From Spirogloea muscicola (taxonomy: Eukaryota): a stretch of DNA of 64,000 nucleotides. Positions 39,600-55,000 of this stretch are shown in pieces. How positions within the stretch are numbered: position 1 is the first letter of the stretch; each line of letters begins with the position of its first letter. The notes beneath the pieces are model-generated. The model saw only the letters and a program-made list of their open reading frames with translations, had not been told where the DNA came from and did no database searches. Position numbers and translations under genes: made by a program. Location: NCBI GenBank assembly GCA_009602725.1, contig WELB01000009.1, positions 94,374 through 158,373 of the forward strand, in the 5' to 3' direction.

Positions 39600-42500
39600 T
39601 CTCAAGGGTTTGGGGTTCTGGTTGGCGCTTTTTCTGGCCCCTTCGAATATTTTTGTTTATTCTTTGGTATTTTGGGGCTAGCCAATCACAGCCATCGCCC
39701 TCTACTGGAAGAGTCCTTCTTCCAACAGAAAAATGGGCTTACAGCCAAGCTTCAGAAGTTGGCTGTAAGCACCTCCAAAGGAGGAGCTCGACTGACAAAT
39801 TCTCCTGGTCCTTACCACGCTGCTCTCGTTGCCCTGTTTTATGCTGGTTGAATATAATGAGACGAGCAGTTCGTTACGTCCAGCTGCTTAAGGAAGCTCA
39901 ATGGCGAGGCAGTAGAGGTGGTCCTCAACCAGCATATTGTCCGACCTTGCATACCGATTCCTTAAATCTTGTAGGTGGGACGATGCATTGAGCAAGGATG
40001 GACGGCCCATAATCAGCAGCTTTCACGGCCTCGACTGGCATGCTGCCACGGAGCTAGCTGCAGCGATGTTGAGGAGGGGAAGAAGACACGTGTTGGATCG
40101 TTTGTGGGTGGTTGAGGCCCACGAGAGTGCAGAGTTGGTGAAAGGAGGCACTGAGTAAAAGTGAAGGCCAACAGCGCTCACCAAGTAGCGCCAACTACTA
40201 CCATGTAGGGTCACTTCTGTGGCCCCTTATTAGATTGCCATGAGGGCGGGGCGTTTACAGGAGCCCGTTATCTCAGATCGGTTGACCACGGTGGACGGAT
40301 GTGGGTCTCGCCAGGGAGGAACCTCGAGGTCGTGACCTCCTCGGAGAGAAAAGGAGAGTGTATTAAGAGATGGAGGGCGGAGAGAGGTCACTGAGAGTCC
40401 CCTTGCTGCTGTTCTAGTACTTCGCACTCCGGCTTCTTCTGTCCTTGTCCATTCCTTTTGGGCTGGCCTCTCCCAGCCACCAGTCAATCTGGCCGCGCTT
40501 GCTCTCCTCGTGCCCAGCGCACTAATTCCCATATGTGGGACGAGGCAGGTGAATGCAAGATTGTGGTGCAGAATCGGCTGGCTAATAGAGTCGCCTGAAC
40601 CTCGGCCCCGCTCGCCCTGTTGCACATGACTACCACCCTAGTAGGGGCTGCAGCCTGCCGCCGGGTTTGACAACCCCACGGCCGTCAAGGGCAGCAAAGC
40701 GAGCAACCCAGCGCCGTTGGGTTGCTCGCTCAGGTGTACAGATTGGTCTCTCTGCAGCGTTCCCTGGCATCGGCAGTGCACTTGAGGGCAGGCCTCGCTT
40801 CGGTTGCTGCCTCAGGGCTCGACAAGGCCACGCTTTTCCGCCCTCTTCTGACTCCGATCTGCCTTCGGCGACTAAAGGTCATTCAGCGTCCATTTGCAGG
40901 AGTCACGGACAGAGCTTCGGGCTTTGCGCCTTCCGGCCCTTTTGGACCCTGTACATTCCTTTTGGGCTGGCCTCTCACAGCCATCGCCTTACTTTGAAGG
41001 AGCCCTTTCTACGGAGAGGGCGTCATGCACTCAGAGGGTCCGGCCTCAGAAGCATGCAAGGGGCTCTTCGAAGTGGCTGTGTTGGTCGCATTGATACCGG
41101 CTGGGTCGCATTGGTCGCATTGAAGCCAATCGAGCCGCACACAGTACTTGAGGGGGGCGAGCGCAGTGGATAATCGGGCGGGAGATTTGGGCGGAGTGGC
41201 AACCCTAACGCAAGGGGAATGGAGTGTGTACCGGGTGATTGAGGGCCTGAGTGCCAAGTACGACCGCAAGCACACTGACAGATGTACATCACCTGCTGCT
41301 ATGCATCATCATTCTAGCGTCCGCAACAATAGGTTTTTGCTCTAGAATGCGGCTCTCGTTGAGCCTGCAGCGCTCGTTGAGCCCAGGCACTTGCGATGCA
41401 CCAGCGTGCTGGGCGCGCACTAGGCCAGGCTAATGGCTTGTGTGCTGGTGCTCTGGCTCCTCAACTGAATTTGTCGGAAATGTATGTGCTCACTCGTGGG
41501 TATAATAGACCCCCTTAGACAGCTGATTGCCCCGTTACCGAGAGAGAAGTGCGCGCCCATAGAGAAGAAGGGCTGGCAAGGCCAGCCCAAAAACAATGGA
41601 CAATGTCTGAAGCCGAAGAAAGAGGTGCTGGTTACCAGGCTCGGATTGAGCCTCCCTGCCTTTTCAGCGCGCTTTTCTTCACCTGCTGCTATCAATGATC
41701 CGCTTAGCAATCACGAGTCAGCAGATAGTGGTCGCTAACTGATCCCCGAATAGCGGACGGACGTCTACAGGCCCTCGTATCACAAGGCGTCCCACAACGG
41801 GGGGAGGTCGGTGGCCGAGGGCGGCAGGTCAGGCACGAGGAGCGGGCCAGACGACGAACGCGGCGGGGAAGCGGGAGCGGGCCCCACCACGGCGGCGGGC
41901 GGCAGGCCGCGCAGGTCAGCGGAGCTCCCGGCAGGTGGGGGCCCTCGTGCTGCGAGCCGTGCCCTTTCGGCATGTACGTAGGAGTGGAGTCTGTATTTTG
42001 AACGCTGGGTAGAGGGGCTTGAGTGGCCAAGTACGAAGGCAAGCACAGTGACACATGTACAGTGGTCGTGTACGCCTCGCCTCGGCCTTCCCTCGCATTT
42101 GTCGTGCGCACGGCGCGCCCCCCCGCCCTCTGGGGAGAAGAAGCCGTTCCCGGAGGCAGGGCGATGGGCGTGGACGGCAAGCCCAGGAGAGAAAGCGCGC
42201 GGTGCGCATGAAATGAAAGGGAGGCCAACTCAAAGCCATACATACATTGTTCAGGCAGAAAGTGCAGAGTGTAGTGCCAAAAAGAGAGAGGGTGGACCGG
42301 GTCGGAAGGGGCAAGGAAAGAGAAAGCGGGAACCACGCAGCCACGCAAGAAGAAGCCACGCAAGGGGGTACCAGGGGTGCGTGGAGTGCCCAACGACCCC
42401 TGGTCAACAGCCGCGGTCCAAGGCAACCAGCGCAGCAGCTCCCCCTGGGGAAAGCAGAGCCTTGTCAAGTGCAGTGTGACTCCATTTTCTACAATCTCTT

Positions 42501-43700
42501 GCATAGCTGTGTGGTTTAGGCGCCTTCTGGCCCTTGGACCTTGTCCACATTTACAGCCCTTGCCTTATATTGAAGCTGAGCTGTTGTTGTGGACGGGCTG
42601 CTTCATCCTTTTTATCTTGGGGAAGAAACCCATGTGAGCTTATCGGCCGGTTTTCCACAGCAATTGCCCATTCCAAATGTGAAGAGCTCTCTCACAAGAA
42701 GAAAGACTCTTTCACCCCTTCTGAGAAGAGCATTTTCTCTCTCTCGCAAAGCTGTAGCTGCTCACCGCTCTTAGGCCCCTCTGAACCTTTGTAAATTCTT
42801 TTTGGGCTGGCTTTTCGCAGCCCTTGCCCCCATTGGGAGTGCCATTTCTTTCTCGCAAAGAAGAAGTGGCTCTCCAATGGGGGCAAGGGCTGTGAAAAGA
42901 AGAAAGTGCTCGCCCATTGAGAATAGGGGCTGGAACAACCAGCCCGAAAAAGAATGAACAGAGTACGAGAAGGGGGCCAGGAGAAATAGGGGCTGTGAAA
43001 AGCCAGCCCGGAAAGAATTGACAGAGGTTCGAAGGGGCCAAATAACGGAGGGGCCTAAAGCGCTATGTCAGAACGGGTGGAGAAGCCCCTCTCAGCAATT
43101 ACACTGGCTGCGTACCAGCTCTTGCCCGGTCGCCGCACCAGCGCCTGCCTGAACAGTGGGTCATCGAGCCTCCGCTTCAGTGCACGCAGTCTTCTCGTCC
43201 GTGGAAGAGGAGGGCGGCTGCAGGTCGCCGCGGCTGGCCGTGGAGGCCATGAGCGCCCCCCCCCGGTACGGCTTGCCCCGTACCTCAGCCACCTTCGGCA
43301 TAGTGCTTCGGTTTCTGGAGCCCCACATTCAGCACTAAAAGAAGGCGCGGCCAGATTGACTGGTGGCTGTGAGAGGCCAGCCAAAAGGAATGGACAAGGT
43401 CTGAAGGAGCCGGATGGTGCAGAAAGCAAGGTGCGAAGTGCTAAGACGGCACTTTCTTCTAAGACGGCAGCAAGTGCGAAGGCGCGCGGTGCGCATGAAA
43501 TTGGAAGGGAGGCCAATTCTAGCCTTACAAATGTCCTGTTCACTGGGTAATGAGCTGGCTAGGGGGGACACTGAATATCCCCGAGTGAGGCACATGCATA
43601 TCTGACAAGCTATACTGAGGAGCCAAACCACCACCACCGAAGCCACTAGCCTGGGCTAATGCACGACCAGCACGCTGGTGACTCGCGAGTGCCAAGGCAC
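39600..43700. repeat. Third cluster of retrotransposon 3'-end fragments
   Basis: AQVYRLVSLQRSLASAVHLRAG (40722-), RMRLSLSLQRS..LSEMYVLTRGY (~41345-41505, with an inverted homologue at ~43545-43680), and many hairpin tails. Confidence 0.8.
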
Positions 43701-43838
43701 TCGCGATTCAGAGAGTGGCCACCCCCTTGATCTCAAGCGCGCCCACTCTCTCCTGGGCAAGGCGTGGCGCGCCGGGGGAGGGGCCCCCCGCGCCTCGCGG
43801 CGGCGCAGGCGCGGGGGGGGGGGGTGTTTATTCCCGGG

Positions 43839-44431
43839 NNNNNNNNNNNNNNNNNNNNNNNNNNNNNNNNNNNNNNNNNNNNNNNNNNNNNNNNNNNNNN
43901 NNNNNNNNNNNNNNNNNNNNNNNNNNNNNNNNNNNNNNNNNNNNNNNNNNNNNNNNNNNNNNNNNNNNNNNNNNNNNNNNNNNNNNNNNNNNNNNNNNNN
44001 NNNNNNNNNNNNNNNNNNNNNNNNNNNNNNNNNNNNNNNNNNNNNNNNNNNNNNNNNNNNNNNNNNNNNNNNNNNNNNNNNNNNNNNNNNNNNNNNNNNN
44101 NNNNNNNNNNNNNNNNNNNNNNNNNNNNNNNNNNNNNNNNNNNNNNNNNNNNNNNNNNNNNNNNNNNNNNNNNNNNNNNNNNNNNNNNNNNNNNNNNNNN
44201 NNNNNNNNNNNNNNNNNNNNNNNNNNNNNNNNNNNNNNNNNNNNNNNNNNNNNNNNNNNNNNNNNNNNNNNNNNNNNNNNNNNNNNNNNNNNNNNNNNNN
44301 NNNNNNNNNNNNNNNNNNNNNNNNNNNNNNNNNNNNNNNNNNNNNNNNNNNNNNNNNNNNNNNNNNNNNNNNNNNNNNNNNNNNNNNNNNNNNNNNNNNN
44401 NNNNNNNNNNNNNNNNNNNNNNNNNNNNNNN
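43839..44431. other. Assembly gap followed by a poly-A run (44432-44533)
   Basis: Run of N, then a pure A tract. Confidence 1.
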
Positions 44432-48217
<3,786 letters not shown>

Positions 48218-48687
48218 GGTGCCCAGATGTGACAGCTTCCCAAGCAATGAACTGTGAACCCAGCATGACCCAATTGCAGGTCAGCAGCTGGGCACCCGCT
48301 AGATGTCGAGTCTTCTCGGCATCGCGTGGCTCGGTGGCATCGCTGCTGGCCATTCGCCAACCCTGTGAGATGCTCCAGCCGGCATGGAGCTATCCATCTG
48401 TTGGCTGGCCGTCGTGACAGCGACATTGAGTTGCGAGCAGCTGTGGGCGGTCGTCGCCCCTGGTAGTTGACACTAGAGCCCTCCTATAGGCAAAGACTGA
48501 GTAGCGGCAGTCTGTGTGGCCTTGCTCGGCCACCACATTCGTCTGTGTGGCAAAGAAGCTAGCGCCAAACAAGGGGGGCAGCCAGCCGTGCTCTGATCTA
48601 TTGCCTGTCAGACCACTGGTGCAATTCCCACCAATTCAGGACATTACTAGGACAGCCAGCAATTGTAAGCCAATGGATACCTTCACC

Positions 48688-48799
48688 TCTGATTTACGCG
48701 TTGACCAAGTAGCAGACAGGCAGACAGCTCCAAGGCATGCAGATCTGATCTACGCGTTGACCAAGTAGCAGACAGGCAGACGGCTCCAAGGCATGCAGA
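48688..48799. repeat. Tandem duplication, 2 x 56 bp
   Basis: TCTGATYTACGCGTTGACCAAGTAGCAGACAGGCAGACRGCTCCAAGGCATGCAGA repeated twice with 2 mismatches. Confidence 0.95.
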
Positions 48800-48924
48800 A
48801 GCTGAAGAAATGCAAGGGACCCTGGGTAGGCATTGGTCAGGCAAGTTAAGGCCAGATTGGTCTTGTGACACTCAAGCGGCCGCACAAATTCCTCTACACT
48901 GCTGCAATGAAGGAGCAGTTTCGA

Positions 48925-50961
48925 TCAGCTAATTGAGCTGTATGGTGTGGCTCCTAGCTGTGATTGCAGTAGAGCCAGATGGTCTTGCAGGAACTTATAC
49001 ACGCTCTCAGTATTCAACCCACCTAGTCTGACAAGTAGGCCCTCCTGTCGAGATCAACAGATGTGACCATGTGAGTGCCTGAGCGTAATTAGCACTGCTG
49101 TGTGCAAGTCCCAGCAATGAATTGGTGGCGGACATCAATGAAAGATTTGGAGGGGTTGTAGATTGAATGAGACTCTAGAATTTAACAACATAATCCCAAC
49201 GCAGTGCCATGTCTCCTACTGTGATCACTTCAGATAGCAAGCAACAAGCTGGAGCACTTCATGAGCGGAGCATGATGGAAAATTTCGTCAAACTCTACCT
49301 CGTCATTCAGAGAGCTATAAGAGGCTGTGAGTCCTAGCAGGCCGAGGCCAGATCGTCTTGCTGAGCTCCTGACTCCAACCTGGTTCAGGCTCTCAACCCC
49401 ATCTTTCATCTTCCTCATCACCTCTGACACCCTGGGCCTGCACAACATTGTGCAGAGACAAATTAGTCATCCAGCATACAGGTGATTGACTGGTGCAAGT
49501 GCAGCTGTGGACCAAGTATGAACGTCAAGCAGGACTGCAGGACCATACCCATAAAGGATGACAGTGGCAAAGACATGGCAGTTCCCCATTCTCTGTGCGA
49601 CCGATAAGCCGGCACCTTGCTCCAGCAGCAGCTGCGAGGTGGCAGGTGATGATCATCAGCTCCCTCCCTGTTGGGTGCGTGCAAAGCACCAACCTTGTAA
49701 GCATCGCATAGCATTTTGGCTCCACATCCATGCGCCTCACTGACCTTGTCTATGAAGTGGGGTTGGCCACCAATTGAGAGCCTGTTGGTGCTAGAGTACT
49801 TCTGGAAGCTCCAGACCTCGCCTCGGTCGCGCCTGCCGGCTGTCAGCCAGTCGACTGCCACCAGGCTCGCACCCTTGCCGGTGAGTCTGAAATTCTGGAC
49901 CTGCTCGTATGCTGCTTCCGCGAAGCACGTAACAGGGTCTGGGAGTAGCGCAAAGAGCGCGCCATCTCCTATCACAGCCTGGAAAGACTCAGTGCAGCAG
50001 CTTCTGCGAGTATCAAAATCTGTGCAAGTCCTATCTCCCACACAGCTACTAGAAATGCTAGCTGGAGGGGAAGGAAGGAGGCCAGTACAATAATGGCTCA
50101 AGGTCTGCTATGTACTTGCTTGTACTATCGTCGAGCACTGCATTGTGGAATACAGAATCAAAACGAGTGCTCACAGTCAAGTGCTGCACAGCGGCCTTTC
50201 CATTGACAGACCTGTAGATCTGTCAAAGAAGAAGCAACCAGCAGTAAGCACGTAGTCTCTGTGACGATTGCTGGATCAGTCAACAGCAATTTCCTGACAT
50301 GGAAGTACTATGCCACTGCCAGCAATGCTGCGCGAGCCTACCACACCTTTGTGGAGGCCTGAGTGGTCATGACGACCGTGCAGTTGTCAGCAATGTCCAA
50401 TGACAGAGTTACCAGATCGCCCTGCAGCAGCTCAGGTCCAAACATTGTCAATGAGGATAAGCACTTGTTATCTTCATGTGACATTCTATGCGCATCCACA
50501 ATACTAAAGCAGGAGGAAGAGGTGCAGGCCTCATTGTAGTATGTATTGTTGCTTGGTTGACCAGTAATGCAGGCATTGCCATCGAGTCCAGATTACTCAC
50601 GGACAATATTCCGCCTCCATAAGTCAGCATGTAGATCCACACTGCATCAATATTGTTCTCAGCCACCTGCCACAAGGTGGTCTCAACACGCATGTCTGAG
50701 GGGCTTTCTCTTTGTTCACATGCGTCCTGGTGAAGCTGAGATGATTTCAATTTGGGAGTGATCTTTGTCAAGCGAGTCGTCTGTACTCACTCGCTTGGGT
50801 ACGATGAACTTCAGAGGATAGGAGGCAAAGACGGATGTTGCTGTACTTCGGCCAGACACCTTGTGCACCTGTATCCTTCCCTGCAGCCTGTCTTGCCCCG
50901 ATGGTTGGTCACCGTGAAGCAAGCGCTGTAGCTGGTCGTCCAAGCTCTTTGAGCTGTCCAT
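48925..50961 (-). CDS. ureD: Urease accessory protein D, 8 exons
   Basis: GRIQVHKVSGRSTATSVFASYPLKFIVP, VWIYMLTYGGGILS|GD, TTQASTK|IYRS, LLPDPVTCF, VDWLTAGRRDRGEVWSF, and last exon EGLLVRLGGLNTESVYKFL..LGATPYSSIS* (stop 48925-48927). Matches plant-type UreD. Confidence 0.93.
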
Positions 50962-51082
50962 CTGCTTAATCTGGGTTTGCCTAACTTGCCTACCTAACAG
51001 GCACTAGTTCTTGGACCTGTCTGTCACAATCTGCTGCAGACCCTACCTGCCATTCACCTAATAATTGACTTCCGAGTCGCTT

Positions 51083-51946
51083 TCAAGTCAAGAAAAGCTT
51101 GGAGAATAGCAGGTTGTGGCCAGCCTGGACAAGGTCGAGCAGCGGTGCGGTCTGAGTAGCGGCGTGGATGCCCCTCCCTTGGCTGTGGCGCAGGACAGCC
51201 TCGCCGCGAGCAGCCAGGCGCTGCAGAGTGGCGGCGCTCTCCAGGGGCCCGGTGACATTGAGCCGCGTTGCTGCGGACAGGATGTCCCGGAGCGTGATGT
51301 AGAGGAACGCCCGCTGCGTGGTGGCCGCCTCCATGCCCACCAAGGAGCAGACCATGCCAAACACCACGGCATGGTGGCCATGCACCCGCATCGGAGGGTC
51401 CTTGGGGTCCTCGGAAGCGTCGCTACGTCTGTGCCGCAGCTCGACTTCTCGGATAGACGAGCTGGGGGCTTTGGATCTGAGAGCTGCATGTAGGTCTCGG
51501 AGCAGGCCGAACTTAGGAAAGGCTGCTGCGCACACGCGAAGGAGTGCGGCACCTTGAGCTAGCGACGCCCTTCTAGCAACGTGGTTTGTCATCGTCGCGT
51601 TCAGTGCTCCATCGAGCTGCATCAGCTGTCGCGTTGCCGCCGCCAGAGCCTCCTCCATAGGCAGCCCGGCCGCTGCGGGCACCTGGCTCGCTGAAACGTG
51701 GGCCTCTGCAACAAAGGGCAGGAGCAGGCTGCAGGCGTTCTCCATGGCTGCCAGGGCAAAGTCCTCGAGAGCGCCCACGTCGGCGATCATGCCGCGCTGC
51801 ACAGCAGCTTCCAAGCCGCCAGAGTGCGCGAAGCTCCCAGTTGGGAGCAGCGAGTCCAGCAGCTGCCATGTGGCCCAGTCACATGGCGCCGACTGTACAC
51901 TTTCCCTTTCACTTACTGCCTCTGAGGGCGATGCTGTGATTTCCAT
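51083..51946 (-). CDS. ureF: Urease accessory protein F, intronless, 287 aa
   Basis: WQLLDSLLPTGSFAHSGGLEAA, ARRASLAQGAALLR, HHAVVFG, RDILSAATRLN, TAPLLDLVQAGHNLLFSKLFLT*. Confidence 0.95.
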   Translation of the reverse strand: MEITASPSEAVSERESVQSAPCDWATWQLLDSLLPTGSFAHSGGLEAAVQRGMIADVGALEDFALAAMENACSLLLPFVAEAHVSASQVPAAAGLPMEEALAAATRQLMQLDGALNATMTNHVARRASLAQGAALLRVCAAAFPKFGLLRDLHAALRSKAPSSSIREVELRHRRSDASEDPKDPPMRVHGHHAVVFGMVCSLVGMEAATTQRAFLYITLRDILSAATRLNVTGPLESAATLQRLAARGEAVLRHSQGRGIHAATQTAPLLDLVQAGHNLLFSKLFLT

Positions 51947-52042
51947 GTCACCTCGCAGCAGTATAGCCCTTCACTTGCATTTGTTTAGCGAGCACGTCCT
52001 GACAACCTGTATCTTGTCCAAGCACCTGTCTATATCTATGTG

Positions 52043-55000
52043 CTAGAAGAGGAAGTAGTTTTGGGAGAGCGGGAGCGTCTCAGCTGCTGCGCAGACGAGC
52101 GGCAGCCCGTCTGCCGTCACCTTGTACGTCTCAGGGTCTACCGTAATGACCGGTGTTGCGTCGTTCAGCTTCATGTCCTTCTTAGTCAGACCTCTCGTCT
52201 TCTTGATGGCTTCGATATGCTTTGTAATACCATAAGCCTCTGCTGTGCCAGCCTGAGCGCATGCCTGTGTACAAGCAATCAACACAAGAAGATGAAGAGA
52301 TCTGATGCCTCCTTCATCTTGGGTGTAGGCCATGTCACAATGTAGACAAATATCCCACATCATAATAGTCATGGGATTGCGACTCCACCTGGCTGACAAA
52401 AGCAATGCTTCTTGGCCCCACAGCTTTGCCCAGGGCTCCAAACATGGGCCTCATGATCACCTGATAAATAGAAAATATAGCTCAGGTGACCTCTGATACT
52501 GGTTGCCCTGAGCTCAATGCTGTGAGCAGTGACAGTGAGCAGTTTCGAGTCTTTATGCAACTTGCTGCAAAAAATTTATCTGTCAAGCCAATGCCTGGCA
52601 ACGGAGGTGCCCACGGGCTTACAGGCTCTGGGGTAGGAATGCTGCCATTTGCATCGCCCATTTGAGACCAGGCAATTGCTCCCCCCTTCAGGACCATCTC
52701 CGGTTTGGCACCGAAGAAAGCTGGGTGGTAGATGGTGAGGTCTGCCCACTTCCCCACCTGTGAATGAAAACAAGCAATATGGTCAACAAGAATGCTTGTC
52801 TTTCTGAGTTATTCCTCCATGCATTTGCTGTAGGATGTCACTACAATCCGAGTCTGCACCATGGGGCCTTGATTTCGAAGGTGGAGGGCAAGCACACATC
52901 ATCTTGTCAGTGTCAATAACACGGGCAACGTTTTGAAGAAAATGCACGTACATTCAGGCAGTACAAGTGGAAGTTCAGATTAGACTTACCTCTACTGACC
53001 CAACAAGGTGGGAGAAGCCGTGCGCAATTGCTGGGTTGATTGTGTACTTGGCAACATACCGTTTGATACGGTTGTTATCATTCCCAGAATCTACGTCTTC
53101 GGATAGTTGACCCCGCTGCTGCTTCATTTTGTGAGCTGTTTGCCAAGTTCTTGTCACCACCTGTGACATTTTAGAACATTCTATCACTATTGTTGGCCAA
53201 CACTTGAAGCTAAAAAATCATCAATTTATTTTCTAGTCTAGGTCCTCAATTGACTGGCCAGTAACAAAATGGATGCGCCGTGAAGGGCATGAGAGCACCT
53301 CGCCTATGCGGCCCATCGCCTGGGAGTCTGAGGACATCATAGAGATGGCTCCAAGGTCGTGGAGAATGTCCTCTGCTTGTATGGTCTCGGCCCTGATCCT
53401 GCTCTCAGCGAAGTCCACATCCTCTTTGTTGTTTGGGTCCAGGTGGTGGCACACCATCTGTTGCAACAAGGACAATGTCAATCACGGTCTTTCTGGCATC
53501 CTGGTCGGCAGGCAGCTCAGAAGCACCTCAAGCTCACAAGATGTTGGCTGCCTGAAGCATACTGTGCTGTGCTCAACGTCTTTTACAAGCTACAAGCCAC
53601 TTGTTTCTACTTGGTGTGCACCAGCATATCAAGGTGCTCGTCAATTGTGTTCTTGGTGAACGGCCGGGTGGGATTGGTTGACGACGGCAGAACATTCATT
53701 GCACCACAGATCTTGAGAATGTCGGGAGCGTGGCCGCCGCCCGCTCCTTCACTGCAAAATAGCAAGTCATCCGAGTCAAGGCAATCCTTTCTGTATGCCA
53801 ACTTCTAGTCGTAGTCAAGTGAGTAGATGGTCAGTCATTGAGCAATGCTGTGCCACTTATCTGGCTGAAGAGGGCTTGCCTGTGGTAAGTATGAATAGTT
53901 CTCTCCTTGAAAGCAGCAATAGTGTGCTCCACGCAGGACGACTCGTTGAGTGTGTCCGTGTGTATTGTGACCTGGGCCCAGAGCACAGCGGCCTTAGCAT
54001 CTGAAAACGTTCGCTGATTGCATCACGTCCTAAGCATCTGTAGGATATCCCATGCTCACAGTGGACTAGTTTGCATGGATTAGGAGCATTGATGATGCAC
54101 CTGGATGTCATACTCCTCAGCTACTGAAAGACAGTTGTCAATGGCAGCTGGAGTGGTCCCCCAGTCCTCATGCAGCTTCAGCCCGATTGCGCCGGCCTCC
54201 ACAATTTCTCGGAGTCCCTCTGGCTTACTTGTGTTACCCTGACATTTGTGTTTCCGTGAAGATAGCAATCATCAAGCACTGATGACAAAGCTAGCCCCAG
54301 CAGTGTACGTGCAGAAATCAGAAGGACTTAGTCCACTGTGTCACACAAAGCATGTCTGACAAACATGCAATTTATACGTCACTGTGCTTGGTGCGACAAT
54401 ACAGAAAGTTGCTCCAAGCTAACCTTCCCAGTGAACCCAATATTCATGGGGATGCCGTCAGTGGCCTGCAGCATGAAGCAGAGGGCATCTGGGGACGGCG
54501 TGCAGGTGGTTGCACACGTGCCATGCGCCGGGCCAGTACCGCCTCCAACAAGCGTGGTCAGTCCTGGTTGAGTGGCATGTCAGTGGCGATGTAATTAGAG
54601 ATCGGTTAGTTGCCACAAGCAAGGCCCTAATAATTTCGCCTTGTAAGTGAGATCAGCATCAGCTTGCCGTGCATGCATAGCACAGACCATTCGGTCAGAC
54701 TGCATACAAGCATGGACTGTGTCGTGTCAAGGGCATGGCAAATACCACTGGCTATGGCCTCGTCAGTAATCTGTGGGCAGATGAAGTGGATGTGAGTGTC
54801 AATGCCTCCTGCCGTGACAATCTTTCCCTCGCAAGCAATGACCTCCGTGTTGACCTGCAATAAGGGAACTACTAGTGGCTTGGTAAGTAGCTTATCTCCT
54901 CCTAAACGCTAAAGCTTGATGCTTAGGCCTGAAGCTTAAGGCCCGGCGTTTTTCCAAGATAAATGATGATCAAGACGCCCTCAGTCTTGACAGTTGCATA

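Noticed and set aside
39850..40160. Short plus-strand ORF fragments upstream of the DUF4598 gene
   Set aside because: Frameshifted, embedded among repeat stubs, with no recognisable family.
43600..43650. Hammerhead-like CTGAGGAG..CGAA motif
   Set aside because: Stem II cannot form and the GAAA core is absent; the sequence is the reverse strand of a LINE ORF terminus.
51947..52045. Urease-UreF readthrough fusion (the 96-nt spacer keeps both ORFs in frame)
   Set aside because: A second in-frame stop (AAG TGA) lies in the spacer, and the TAG context is not the canonical CARYYA readthrough motif.
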